A stretch of DNA of 32,967 nt, taken from NCBI GenBank assembly GCA_014384665.1, contig JACNFI010000041.1, positions 1 to 32,967 of the forward strand. Direction: 5' to 3'. The notes beneath the pieces are model-generated. The model was not told the origin of the DNA and searched no databases. It saw only the letters and a program-made list of their open reading frames with translations. The stretch is from Candidatus Cloacimonadota bacterium (GTDB lineage: Bacteria; Cloacimonadota; Cloacimonadia; JGIOTU-2). Of the stretch, positions 8,234 through 14,970 are shown in pieces (the stretch's first letter is position 1; every line of letters begins with the position of its first letter). The translations under genes were made by a program, and so were the position numbers.

Positions 8234-8875
8234 ATGGCTTTAATTATGGAACGAATCGGCATTTGGGTTGGAGCAATTTTAACTTTTGCTATATTCAGTT
8301 TTTTATACAGGGATAACCCTTTTTATAAGATTGCTGAGCAGATTTTCATTGGCATTTCTGCTGGTTATTGGTTTATCTATACAATCTATAATATTCTAAT
8401 TCCAAACCTGTTCACTCCACTATTAACCAATTTTTCTGCGAATCTTTTGCTTCTCCTTCCAGCATTGTTGGGTATTCTTATGTTATGTCGTTTAATTCCA
8501 AGAATTGATTGGGTGAGCAGGTATTCTATTGCATTGGTTGTTGGCACTACAGCAGGGCTCTTTTTCAAACGATACTTGCAATCTGATGTGATTAATCAAA
8601 TGAACGCAACAATGATAAATCCCTTTTCAGCTCCAGATTTAGCCGCAACTATCGGACAACTTATCTTGATAATTGGCACAGTTACAGGGATAATATACTT
8701 TTTCTTCAGCAAAAAACATGAAGGGGTTTTTGGTGGAACAGCCCGTGTTGGTATATTTTTCTTGATGATTAGTTTTGGAGCAGCATTCGGATATACTGTT
8801 ATGGCTCGTATCTCTCTACTAATAGGAAGATTGGATTTCCTGCTTGGTGATTGGCTGGGGATAATTAAGCCTTAA
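8234..8875 (+). CDS. Polytopic membrane protein of unknown function (gene D)
   Basis: About 6 hydrophobic segments. I prefer the ATG at 8234 (gggag RBS 5 nt upstream) over the TTG at 8222. Confidence 0.7.
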   Translation: MALIMERIGIWVGAILTFAIFSFLYRDNPFYKIAEQIFIGISAGYWFIYTIYNILIPNLFTPLLTNFSANLLLLLPALLGILMLCRLIPRIDWVSRYSIALVVGTTAGLFFKRYLQSDVINQMNATMINPFSAPDLAATIGQLILIIGTVTGIIYFFFSKKHEGVFGGTARVGIFFLMISFGAAFGYTVMARISLLIGRLDFLLGDWLGIIKP

Positions 8876-8996
8876 TTAAAGACGGAATAAAATTCCCTCG
8901 TGGATATTCAGCCAAAGGCTGATGAGCCCCAGGCTCACAAGCAACATACTTGAACCAGCAATAGCGAATTTAACCTTCAAGGTTTCCAAAACCTTC

Positions 8997-9110
8997 AAGG
9001 TCTTTTATTTTCTTTTCTATTCTTGATAACATAATATCAATCTAACTTTTAAAGTAAAAATCATTTGAGGTATGAAATGGAAAACATATTCTCAAATAGT
9101 GATGTTCAAA
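8997..9110 (+). repeat. Degenerate duplicate of the moxR promoter region and first 15 codons (left copy)
   Basis: 114 nt aligned to 10198-10311 with 5 mismatches. These include TTGATA versus TTGACA and loss of the first ATG (ttg at 9065). Confidence 0.9.
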
Positions 9111-9142
9111 TTATGAAATGTACTTTCCCAAATCATTTCTGC

Positions 9143-9511
9143 TTAAATCGTTCTTTGATACTTTATCAGAAAATATTTAGGGGTTATTATTTGAACATTA
9201 TGAAAAGATTTAATTTTAAGCAAATGTTTATCACCAGTTACTATATAATCAGCATTACCTTCCAATGCACATGAAAGAAATTTGTTATCTTCTGGGTCCT
9301 CTTTGATCTTATCTACTTTTAGTTTTCCAGAAACAAGCATTGTATCAAGACCTAATGAAATTTCTACATTCTGAATATCTAAATCAGAAAGTTTATAGCT
9401 CTTTTTAATCTTGGGATAGTGGAGAACACGAATCACTTCCTCAATTATTTCTGTTGAAGTTACAAATACAAACTTTCCCTTCTCCCACATCTTTAGGCAC
9501 TTATAAATCAA
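9143..9511 (-). pseudogene. PIN-domain toxin (PIN_3 / TIGR00305-like), C-terminal fragment lacking the N-terminal catalytic Asp segment
   Basis: KGKFVFVTSTEIIEEV....DPEDNKFLSCALEGNADYIVTGDKHLL matches the C-terminal two-thirds of this PIN family. The ORF opens only with TTG just after an in-frame stop, and the DTNV segment is missing. Confidence 0.6.
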
Positions 9512-9565
9512 AACTTACCAACAAGTTGTCGTGAAATTTTTCGCTTAAATGACAAATATCAAATA

Positions 9566-9708
9566 TCTAATTTCTAATAAAATTTCAAATGACTAAAAAT
9601 CAAAAAATGGATACTGAAAAATCTTAGTTGATACATAGCGTAGTTGTGATGAATTATGAATGATTAGACATTTGAGTTTTGGCATTTTATTTGACATTAG
9701 AAATTAGA
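9566..9708. repeat. AT-rich inverted-repeat element lying in the gap of the split PIN gene
   Basis: Perfect 13-bp inverted repeat tctaatttctaat (9566-9578) / attagaaattaga (9696-9708), with partial extension on both sides. Confidence 0.55.
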
Positions 9709-9871
9709 ATTTTGGAATTGCTAACTTATTATTAACTGAAAATTTTCTCACTCGAAGAGTGGTCTTTTTTCTATGCTTGTCATTGAAAAAAATTAGTATC
9801 TGATAAGGATAACCTTGTGGAATTATAACACCACTTACAATTACATTAGTATCAATTACGCATCTAAGCAT
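9704..9871 (-). pseudogene. PIN-domain toxin N-terminal fragment (MLRCVIDTNVIVSGVIIPQGYPYQILIFFNDKH...)
   Basis: 55-codon ORF absent from the track (too short). Its ATG (9871-9869) lies 1 nt after the antitoxin stop. It carries the VIDTNV catalytic-Asp motif, then runs into unrelated sequence and a stop. Confidence 0.6.
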
Positions 9872-9872
9872 T

Positions 9873-10124
9873 TTATTCTCTAACTGATTGAATGGCTTCT
9901 TTTATATCTGCACTTGCTTGTTTTAGTGGTATATTCCTGTTTCTATAACGAATTTCATCAAGTGATTGAAAACGAACAAATCTCTCAATATCAGGCACTA
10001 ATTTAAGTAATTTCTTCTTCTCCTTTTCACTGAGTAGTGAAATTGCAACAGCTATCTGCTCGGGTAAAAGTTTTAAATATGCTCTCTGTTTTAACATTTC
10101 TATCACCTCATTAACTATACTCAT
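9873..10124 (-). CDS. Putative antitoxin of the PIN module (family not recognised)
   Basis: 83-aa ORF immediately upstream of the PIN start in classic antitoxin-toxin spacing (TAA-A-ATG). The assignment is by position only. Confidence 0.45.
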   Translation of the reverse strand: MSIVNEVIEMLKQRAYLKLLPEQIAVAISLLSEKEKKKLLKLVPDIERFVRFQSLDEIRYRNRNIPLKQASADIKEAIQSVRE

Positions 10125-10197
10125 ATTTGAAAAACCTATTTGTCAAGAAAAATATTATTCAATTCTGTGATATAAAATTTCAAGATTCAAAAATTTA

Positions 10198-10311
10198 AAG
10201 GTCTTTTATTTTCTTTTCTATTCTTGACAACATAATATCAATCTAACTTTTAAAGTAAAAATCGTATGAGGTATGAAATGGAAAACATATTGTCAGATAG
10301 TGATGTTCAAA
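10198..10311 (+). repeat. Functional copy of the duplicated moxR promoter / 5' end (right copy)
   Basis: See 8997-9110. It contains the TTGACA box (10225-10230) and the moxR start. Confidence 0.9.
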
Positions 10312-11282
10312 CAATTGAAAATCTATCTAAATCACGAGAAACAATTATTAAAGAAATCCACAAAGTTATTATTGGGCAGGATAAAGTAATTGAGTATTTT
10401 CTTATCTCTTTATTTGCAAATGGACACTGTCTTCTTGTTGGAGTTCCAGGATTGGCAAAAACGTTGCTAATCAGCACAATTGCACAAGCTCTGGATTTGA
10501 AATTCAGTCGTATCCAATTCACTCCAGATTTAATGCCTTCAGATATAACTGGTACGGATATTCTCACGGAAGATAGAACAACAGGAAAAAGAATTTTCCA
10601 ATTTGTAAAAGGTCCAATTTTTGCAAATGTTATTCTTGCAGATGAGATAAACCGTACTCCACCAAAAACGCAGTCCGCACTTCTCCAAGCTATGCAAGAA
10701 AGAGAAGTTACAGCAGGAAATAATACTTTCCCTTTGTCTCCTCCATTTTTTGTTCTTGCCACTCAAAATCCGATTGAGCAGGAAGGCACATATCCACTTC
10801 CAGAAGCACAATTAGATAGATTCATCTTTCATATTGATATTGATTATCCAAGTTATGAAGAAGAGAAGCAGATTGCAGAATTCACCACAAGCCAGGAATT
10901 CCCCAAAATCAATAAAGTTATTGATGGAGAAGAAATTACTAAACTGCAAAAGTTTATCTTCAAAATACCTGTATCTGAACACATTCTAAAATTTGCAGTA
11001 GAACTTGCCAGAATTTCCCGTCCCAATGAAAAAGATGCCCCTGATTTTGTGAAAAAATTGGTCAACTGGGGTTCCGGACCGCGTGCTTCTCAATACCTAA
11101 TTTTAGCATCAAAAACCAGAGCTGCCCTATATGGTAGATATACTCCCACTATAGAAGATATTGAATTCGTTGCAACACCGATTTTGCAACACCGCATTTT
11201 ACTGAACTTTGCTGCTGAGGCAGAAGGTATTAAATCAAAAGATTTGATTGATAAGTTGATAAATTATGTTAAGAAAAAATAA
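10266..11282 (+). CDS. MoxR-family AAA+ ATPase
   Basis: Walker A GVPGLAKT, Walker B ILADEINR, and the MoxR-typical PKTQSALLQAMQE and ATQNPIEQEGTYPLPEAQLDRF. The true start may be the in-frame ATG at 10278 (gagg RBS 6 nt upstream). Confidence 0.9.
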   Translation: MRYEMENILSDSDVQTIENLSKSRETIIKEIHKVIIGQDKVIEYFLISLFANGHCLLVGVPGLAKTLLISTIAQALDLKFSRIQFTPDLMPSDITGTDILTEDRTTGKRIFQFVKGPIFANVILADEINRTPPKTQSALLQAMQEREVTAGNNTFPLSPPFFVLATQNPIEQEGTYPLPEAQLDRFIFHIDIDYPSYEEEKQIAEFTTSQEFPKINKVIDGEEITKLQKFIFKIPVSEHILKFAVELARISRPNEKDAPDFVKKLVNWGSGPRASQYLILASKTRAALYGRYTPTIEDIEFVATPILQHRILLNFAAEAEGIKSKDLIDKLINYVKKK

Positions 11283-11293
11283 TCTACAAAAAA

Positions 11294-11528
11294 ATGAGAT
11301 ATGCAAAATACCCTTTTCTTGTCATTCCGTACTTGATGCGGAATCCAAAATCTTTTCCACACTTTCGTGGGGACAAGTATTTTAATGGATTCCCGTCCCC
11401 GATTTCTCGAGGACAAGCTTTCACGGGAATGACACTCGTCTTGGTGTAGCCCGTCTTGACTCGCCAACGCCGAGACAGGCAAGCCATAGCCAGAAATGAA
11501 GTGAAATTATCTATTTTGCAGATCTCAT
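11294..11528. mobile_element. MITE-like element, copy 1
   Basis: TIRs atgagatatgcaaaat (11294-11309) and attttgcagatctcat (11513-11528) match 15/16 as reverse complements. Flanking direct repeats are tacaaaaaa (11285-11293) and tacaaagaa (11529-11537). The interior is built of gtcattcc...ggaatgac hairpins. Confidence 0.8.
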
Positions 11529-11557
11529 TACAAAGAAACTATACGGAGGAACTTAAA

Positions 11558-12448
11558 ATGAGAAAAAAGCAATTAATAATAAGTGGTTTATTAGTAATAG
11601 GATTACTAATATTCCTTCTCTCATCATGCACAACTAAGAAACCAAAGAGTGAACTTACTCAAACCGAAGAACTGGTTACTTTTGTCAATAAAGCGGTTGA
11701 ATTGATAGAAAAGGAAGGTGAAGATTGTTTTCCTGAATTCAGAAAGAAAGATAGTAAATGGTTTCACAATGACTTGTATATTTTCGTATGGGGTCTGGAT
11801 GGAATGAGATATGTATATCCACCAAACCTTGATGGTGAAGGTGAAAATATGCTTGATTTAAAAGATATTAACGGAAAACCGATAGGAAGATTGATTGTTG
11901 ATGCAGCATCAGGTAAAAAGGGTGAAGGTTGGGTTCATTATCAATGGCCCAAACCAGAAAAAAAGGAACCATCATGGAAAAGCACTTTCGTAAAAAGAGT
12001 AACTGCTCCATCCGGAAAAACTTATCTTGTTGGAAGTGGCTTGTATGACCTTAAGATTGATAAAAGTTTTATTGTCGAAGAGGTTAATGATGTTATTGTT
12101 CTGATTAAAAAAGTTGGCATTACATCTCTGGATACAATACGAGCAAAATCAAGCGAGTTTATATTTCTGGATACTTATGTGTTTGTAAAAGATATCAAGG
12201 GAAACGAATTGGTAAATCCAGCTTTTCCGGAATTGGAAGGACAAAATTTATATGATTTGCAGGATTCTAATGGGAAATATTTTATTCGCGAGGAACTTGA
12301 AATACTAAAAACTAAAGATGATTGCTGGATGGATTATATGTGGCCCAAACCTGGAGAGACTGAACCTTCAAAGAAATTGGTTTATGTTAAAAAAGTGGTT
12401 GTTGGACAAGATACACTTGTTGTTGGTGCTGGTTATTTTACTGAATAA
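11558..12448 (+). CDS. Lipoprotein with two tandem sCache_2-like sensor domains and no output domain
   Basis: Lipobox LLSSC after a signal peptide. ggagga RBS at 11545-11550. Duplicated motif GEGWVHYQWPKPEKKEPSWKSTFVKRV...YLVGSGLY and DCWMDYMWPKPGETEPSKKLVYVKKV...LVVGAGYF. The track start at 11456 lies inside the MITE. Confidence 0.7.
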   Translation: MRKKQLIISGLLVIGLLIFLLSSCTTKKPKSELTQTEELVTFVNKAVELIEKEGEDCFPEFRKKDSKWFHNDLYIFVWGLDGMRYVYPPNLDGEGENMLDLKDINGKPIGRLIVDAASGKKGEGWVHYQWPKPEKKEPSWKSTFVKRVTAPSGKTYLVGSGLYDLKIDKSFIVEEVNDVIVLIKKVGITSLDTIRAKSSEFIFLDTYVFVKDIKGNELVNPAFPELEGQNLYDLQDSNGKYFIREELEILKTKDDCWMDYMWPKPGETEPSKKLVYVKKVVVGQDTLVVGAGYFTE

Positions 12449-12453
12449 ATTTA

Positions 12454-12634
12454 ATGAGTTCTGCAAAATAGCATTCGCGTGTCATTCCCAATATTGTCAT
12501 TCCCAACTTGATTGGGGATTGATTGGGAATCCACAAACCTTTCCCCACTTTCGTGAGGACAAGTATTTCTACTGGATTCCCGTTTACACGGGAATGACAA
12601 GTTAGGTGAATTTTCCATATTTTGCAGAACTCAT
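12454..12634. mobile_element. MITE-like element, copy 2
   Basis: Perfect 16-bp TIRs atgagttctgcaaaat (12454-12469) / attttgcagaactcat (12619-12634). The 8-bp direct repeat taaattta occurs on both sides (12446-12453 and 12635-12642). The left copy contains the stop codon of the Cache gene. Confidence 0.8.
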
Positions 12635-12657
12635 TAAATTTAAGATAAGGAGTATTG

Positions 12658-12906
12658 ATGAAAGAAAATGTAAAAGATGAATTCAGAGTAAAGGGAGAAA
12701 TGTTATTAAAAAAAGTTAAAGAACTTATCCATCAAGGGAATATTAGAAGAATAATTATCAAGAATGAAGAAGGAAAAACATACCTTGAAATTCCTGTAAC
12801 CGTAGGATTAGTTGGAGTTGTTTTACTTCCTGTTTGGGCTGCAATAGGAGCTTTAGCTGCAGTTGCATCCAATTTCACAATTGAAATAATAAAAAAAGAG
12901 GATTAA
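12658..12906 (+). CDS. DUF4342-like small membrane-associated protein
   Basis: The pattern KVKELIHQGNIRRIIIKNEEGKTYLEIPVTVGLVGVVLLPVWAAIGALAA matches my recollection of DUF4342. An aaggag RBS lies upstream. Confidence 0.65.
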   Translation: MKENVKDEFRVKGEMLLKKVKELIHQGNIRRIIIKNEEGKTYLEIPVTVGLVGVVLLPVWAAIGALAAVASNFTIEIIKKED

Positions 12907-12923
12907 TAGGCTCTTATAGATTC

Positions 12924-12949
12924 AACATCGACAAAATGTTGTCGATGTT
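12924..12949 (+). terminator. Hairpin after the DUF4342 gene
   Basis: Perfect 11-bp stem aacatcgacaa / ttgtcgatgtt with a 4-nt loop. The T tract is weak. Confidence 0.4.
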
Positions 12950-12979
12950 TGTAACATACTGTTTAAATAAATAATGATT

Positions 12980-13210
12980 AAATCCGAAATTCGAATAACG
13001 AAATTCGAAACAATTTTCAAATTTTCAAAATTCAAATAACCAAAACAAGATTCCTGCCAGTCTGGGTCTCTGTTTAGGCTTAGCCAGTCTCGGCTTAGCC
13101 GAGCCTAGACGGACCTAGTCTGTCGGGGCTTGGCCCCGCCAAAACCGAATACATTGTTTTTAACATTTGAACATTCGGATTTCGAATTTCGAATTTCGAG
13201 TTTCGCATTT
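12980..13210. repeat. Large composite palindrome: AT-rich (ttcgaatttcg)n arms around a GC-rich core
   Basis: The left arm aatccgaaattcgaataacgaaattcgaaac is mirrored by cggatttcgaatttcgaatttcgag. The core contains the palindromes cggcttagccg and ggggcttggcccc. Confidence 0.7.
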
Positions 13211-13251
13211 AAAATTTATCTATTTTTTTTATAACTGCACCACAGGGGCCA

Positions 13252-13325
13252 CCTCTTCCGAGCAATGTCTCGGACGAGGCGTAGTATCTTATAAATAATA
13301 TTCGTGTCAATCTGGACGCCGAGAC
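13252..13325 (+). other. Unique GC-rich structured segment upstream of gadC
   Basis: Hairpin cctcttccgag (13252-13262) / ctcggacgagg (13269-13279). Alternative pairing gtctcgg (13267-13273) / ccgagac (13319-13325). Confidence 0.35.
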
Positions 13326-13373
13326 CGATAATTTGATGGTGTTTATAAAATTGTAATTTGGAATTTACCTGCC

Positions 13374-13419
13374 CCGTGAAATAAGAAGTAATTTTTGCTT
13401 TGTAAAAATTATTTCACGG
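13374..13419. repeat. Hairpin element in the gadC leader
   Basis: 10-bp stem ccgtgaaata / tatttcacgg with inner taattttt/aaaaatta pairing. It is flanked by direct repeats of gtaatttgRaattt. Confidence 0.5.
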
Positions 13420-13509
13420 TGTAAAATATTTGTAATTTGAAATTTGTGATTTCCAGTTTATCTGGGGTTGGAGATTCAGAAATAAATGTGATTCAAAGGA
13501 GAACAAAAA

Positions 13510-14949
13510 ATGATAGAGAAAAAAATTGGAAGAAAAGTATCAATGGGAGTATTTGCTCTTGCAATGATGAATGTTGCAGCAGTAATGAGTTTGCGTGGCT
13601 TACCAATGATGGCGAAGGAAGGATTATCAATGATTTTCTACCTTTTATTTGCCTCGTTGTTGTTTTTGGTTCCCGTTTCGTTGATTTCTGCAGAATTAGC
13701 CACTGGTTGGCCTAAATCAGGTGGTGTATATCGCTGGGTTAGAGAAGCATTTGGACCAAAATTGGGTTTTACAGCTATCTGGCTTCAATGGATTCAAAAT
13801 GTAATATGGTATCCTACTGTGCTTGCTTTTGCTGCTGGTAGTTTATCATATTTATTTCTTGAGCCAGCTCTTGCAAATAATAAAATATTTAATCTTTTCG
13901 TGATTCTTGTAGTCTATTGGGGAGCAACATTTGTGACTTTTAGGGGGGCAAAGACTTCAGGAAAGTTAACTTCAATTGGTGTCATTTGTGGAACTTTGGT
14001 TCCTGGTTTATTAATTATTATATTAGGCATTGTCTGGTTAATTCAAGGTAATCCGCTGGAATTTTTAAATGTTAGCAAAGGTCAGACATTAAATTTCTTT
14101 CCTAATTTCAATAATTTTAAAAGCATTGCATTTTTATCAGGGATAGTTTTACTATTTGCAGGAATGGAAGTTGGGGCGGTTCATGTTTTAGAACTAAAAA
14201 ATCCCAAAAAAGAATTTCCAAAAGCTGTTTTTCTGGCTATGTTTATAATTATTATTGTATTTGTATTGGGTTCATTGGCTGTCGCTGCTGTTTTGCCTAA
14301 ATCTCAGATTAGTCTTACTGCAGGAATAATGCAGGGTTTTGATGACCTGCTCATTAAATTTCACATTCATTGGTTGCTTCCTATAATAGGATTTCTTGTT
14401 ACTTTTGGTGCAGTAGGAGGAGTTTTAGCATGGATAGCCGGTCCGAGTAAGGGTTTATTAGCAACTGCAAAAGACGGTGACCTTCCTCCTTTTATGCAAT
14501 ATACTAATAAGGCAGGTGTCCAAACCCATATCCTTTTCATTCAAGGAGCAATTGTAACTTTAATTTCTCTTGTATATGTAGTCATGCCGAATGTTAGTAG
14601 TGCATTTTTCTTATTAACTGCTTTAACAGCAATCCTTTACCTTGTTATGTATATTCTACTTTATAGCTCAGCTATAAGGCTAAGATACACTCAACCTGAT
14701 GTTGTTCGAACTTATAAAGTTCCAGGTGGTAAGGTAGGATTATGGATAGTGGCAGGTATAGGATTATTAGCAGTTGTCTTTGCTTTCTTTGTAGGTTTTT
14801 TTCCTCCCATTCAACTTACTGTTGGCAGCCCAACATTTTATGTATTCTTTCTTATTATTGGAGTTATTATTTTTGTAGGTGCTCCGATAATTATAAATAT
14901 GGCTAAGAAACCAAGCTGGATACCTAAAAATAAGGAAATAAAAAGTTAA
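13510..14949 (+). CDS. gadC: APC-family amino-acid transporter, probable glutamate:GABA antiporter
   Basis: 479 aa with about 12 TM segments and APC-type sequence. It has an aaggag RBS and lies directly upstream of glutamate decarboxylase. Confidence 0.75.
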   Translation: MIEKKIGRKVSMGVFALAMMNVAAVMSLRGLPMMAKEGLSMIFYLLFASLLFLVPVSLISAELATGWPKSGGVYRWVREAFGPKLGFTAIWLQWIQNVIWYPTVLAFAAGSLSYLFLEPALANNKIFNLFVILVVYWGATFVTFRGAKTSGKLTSIGVICGTLVPGLLIIILGIVWLIQGNPLEFLNVSKGQTLNFFPNFNNFKSIAFLSGIVLLFAGMEVGAVHVLELKNPKKEFPKAVFLAMFIIIIVFVLGSLAVAAVLPKSQISLTAGIMQGFDDLLIKFHIHWLLPIIGFLVTFGAVGGVLAWIAGPSKGLLATAKDGDLPPFMQYTNKAGVQTHILFIQGAIVTLISLVYVVMPNVSSAFFLLTALTAILYLVMYILLYSSAIRLRYTQPDVVRTYKVPGGKVGLWIVAGIGLLAVVFAFFVGFFPPIQLTVGSPTFYVFFLIIGVIIFVGAPIIINMAKKPSWIPKNKEIKS

Positions 14950-14970
14950 AATATTAATTAGAAAGGAGTT

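Noticed and set aside
8919-8926. CUGAUGAG motif reminiscent of the hammerhead ribozyme core, within a hairpin-rich spacer (8890-8945)
   Set aside because: The expected stem II followed by GAAA, and a stem III with a cleavage triplet, are absent. The motif sits within simple hairpins (agcc-aaa-ggct, tgagc-cccag-gctca).
9065-9274. 69-aa ORF starting MRYEMENIFSNSDVQ
   Set aside because: It is the decayed duplicate of the moxR 5' end (TTG start) reading on into the antisense strand of the PIN fragment. It is not an independent gene.
9680-9694. Sigma-54 promoter-like TGGCAT-N5-TTGA (of interest because rpoN is encoded here)
   Set aside because: The -12 element is TTGA rather than TTGC. It lies inside an AT-rich repeat about 580 bp from the nearest downstream start. 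I saw no better TGGCAC-N5-TTGC match by eye anywhere in the window.
11264-12605. ORFs 11264..11482(-), 11284..11487(-) and 12318..12605(+), plus 21034..21237(+), 21108..21332(-) and 3653..3868(-)
   Set aside because: They are translations of the GTCATTCC/GGAATGAC and other palindromic repeats (CHSRE.., IPASAGI-type peptides). They are explained by MITE/REP elements rather than genes.
13437-13715. 92-aa ORF overlapping the gadC start
   Set aside because: It begins in the repeat-rich leader, is out of frame with gadC, and lacks an RBS. gadC has a clear aaggag RBS at the 13510 start.
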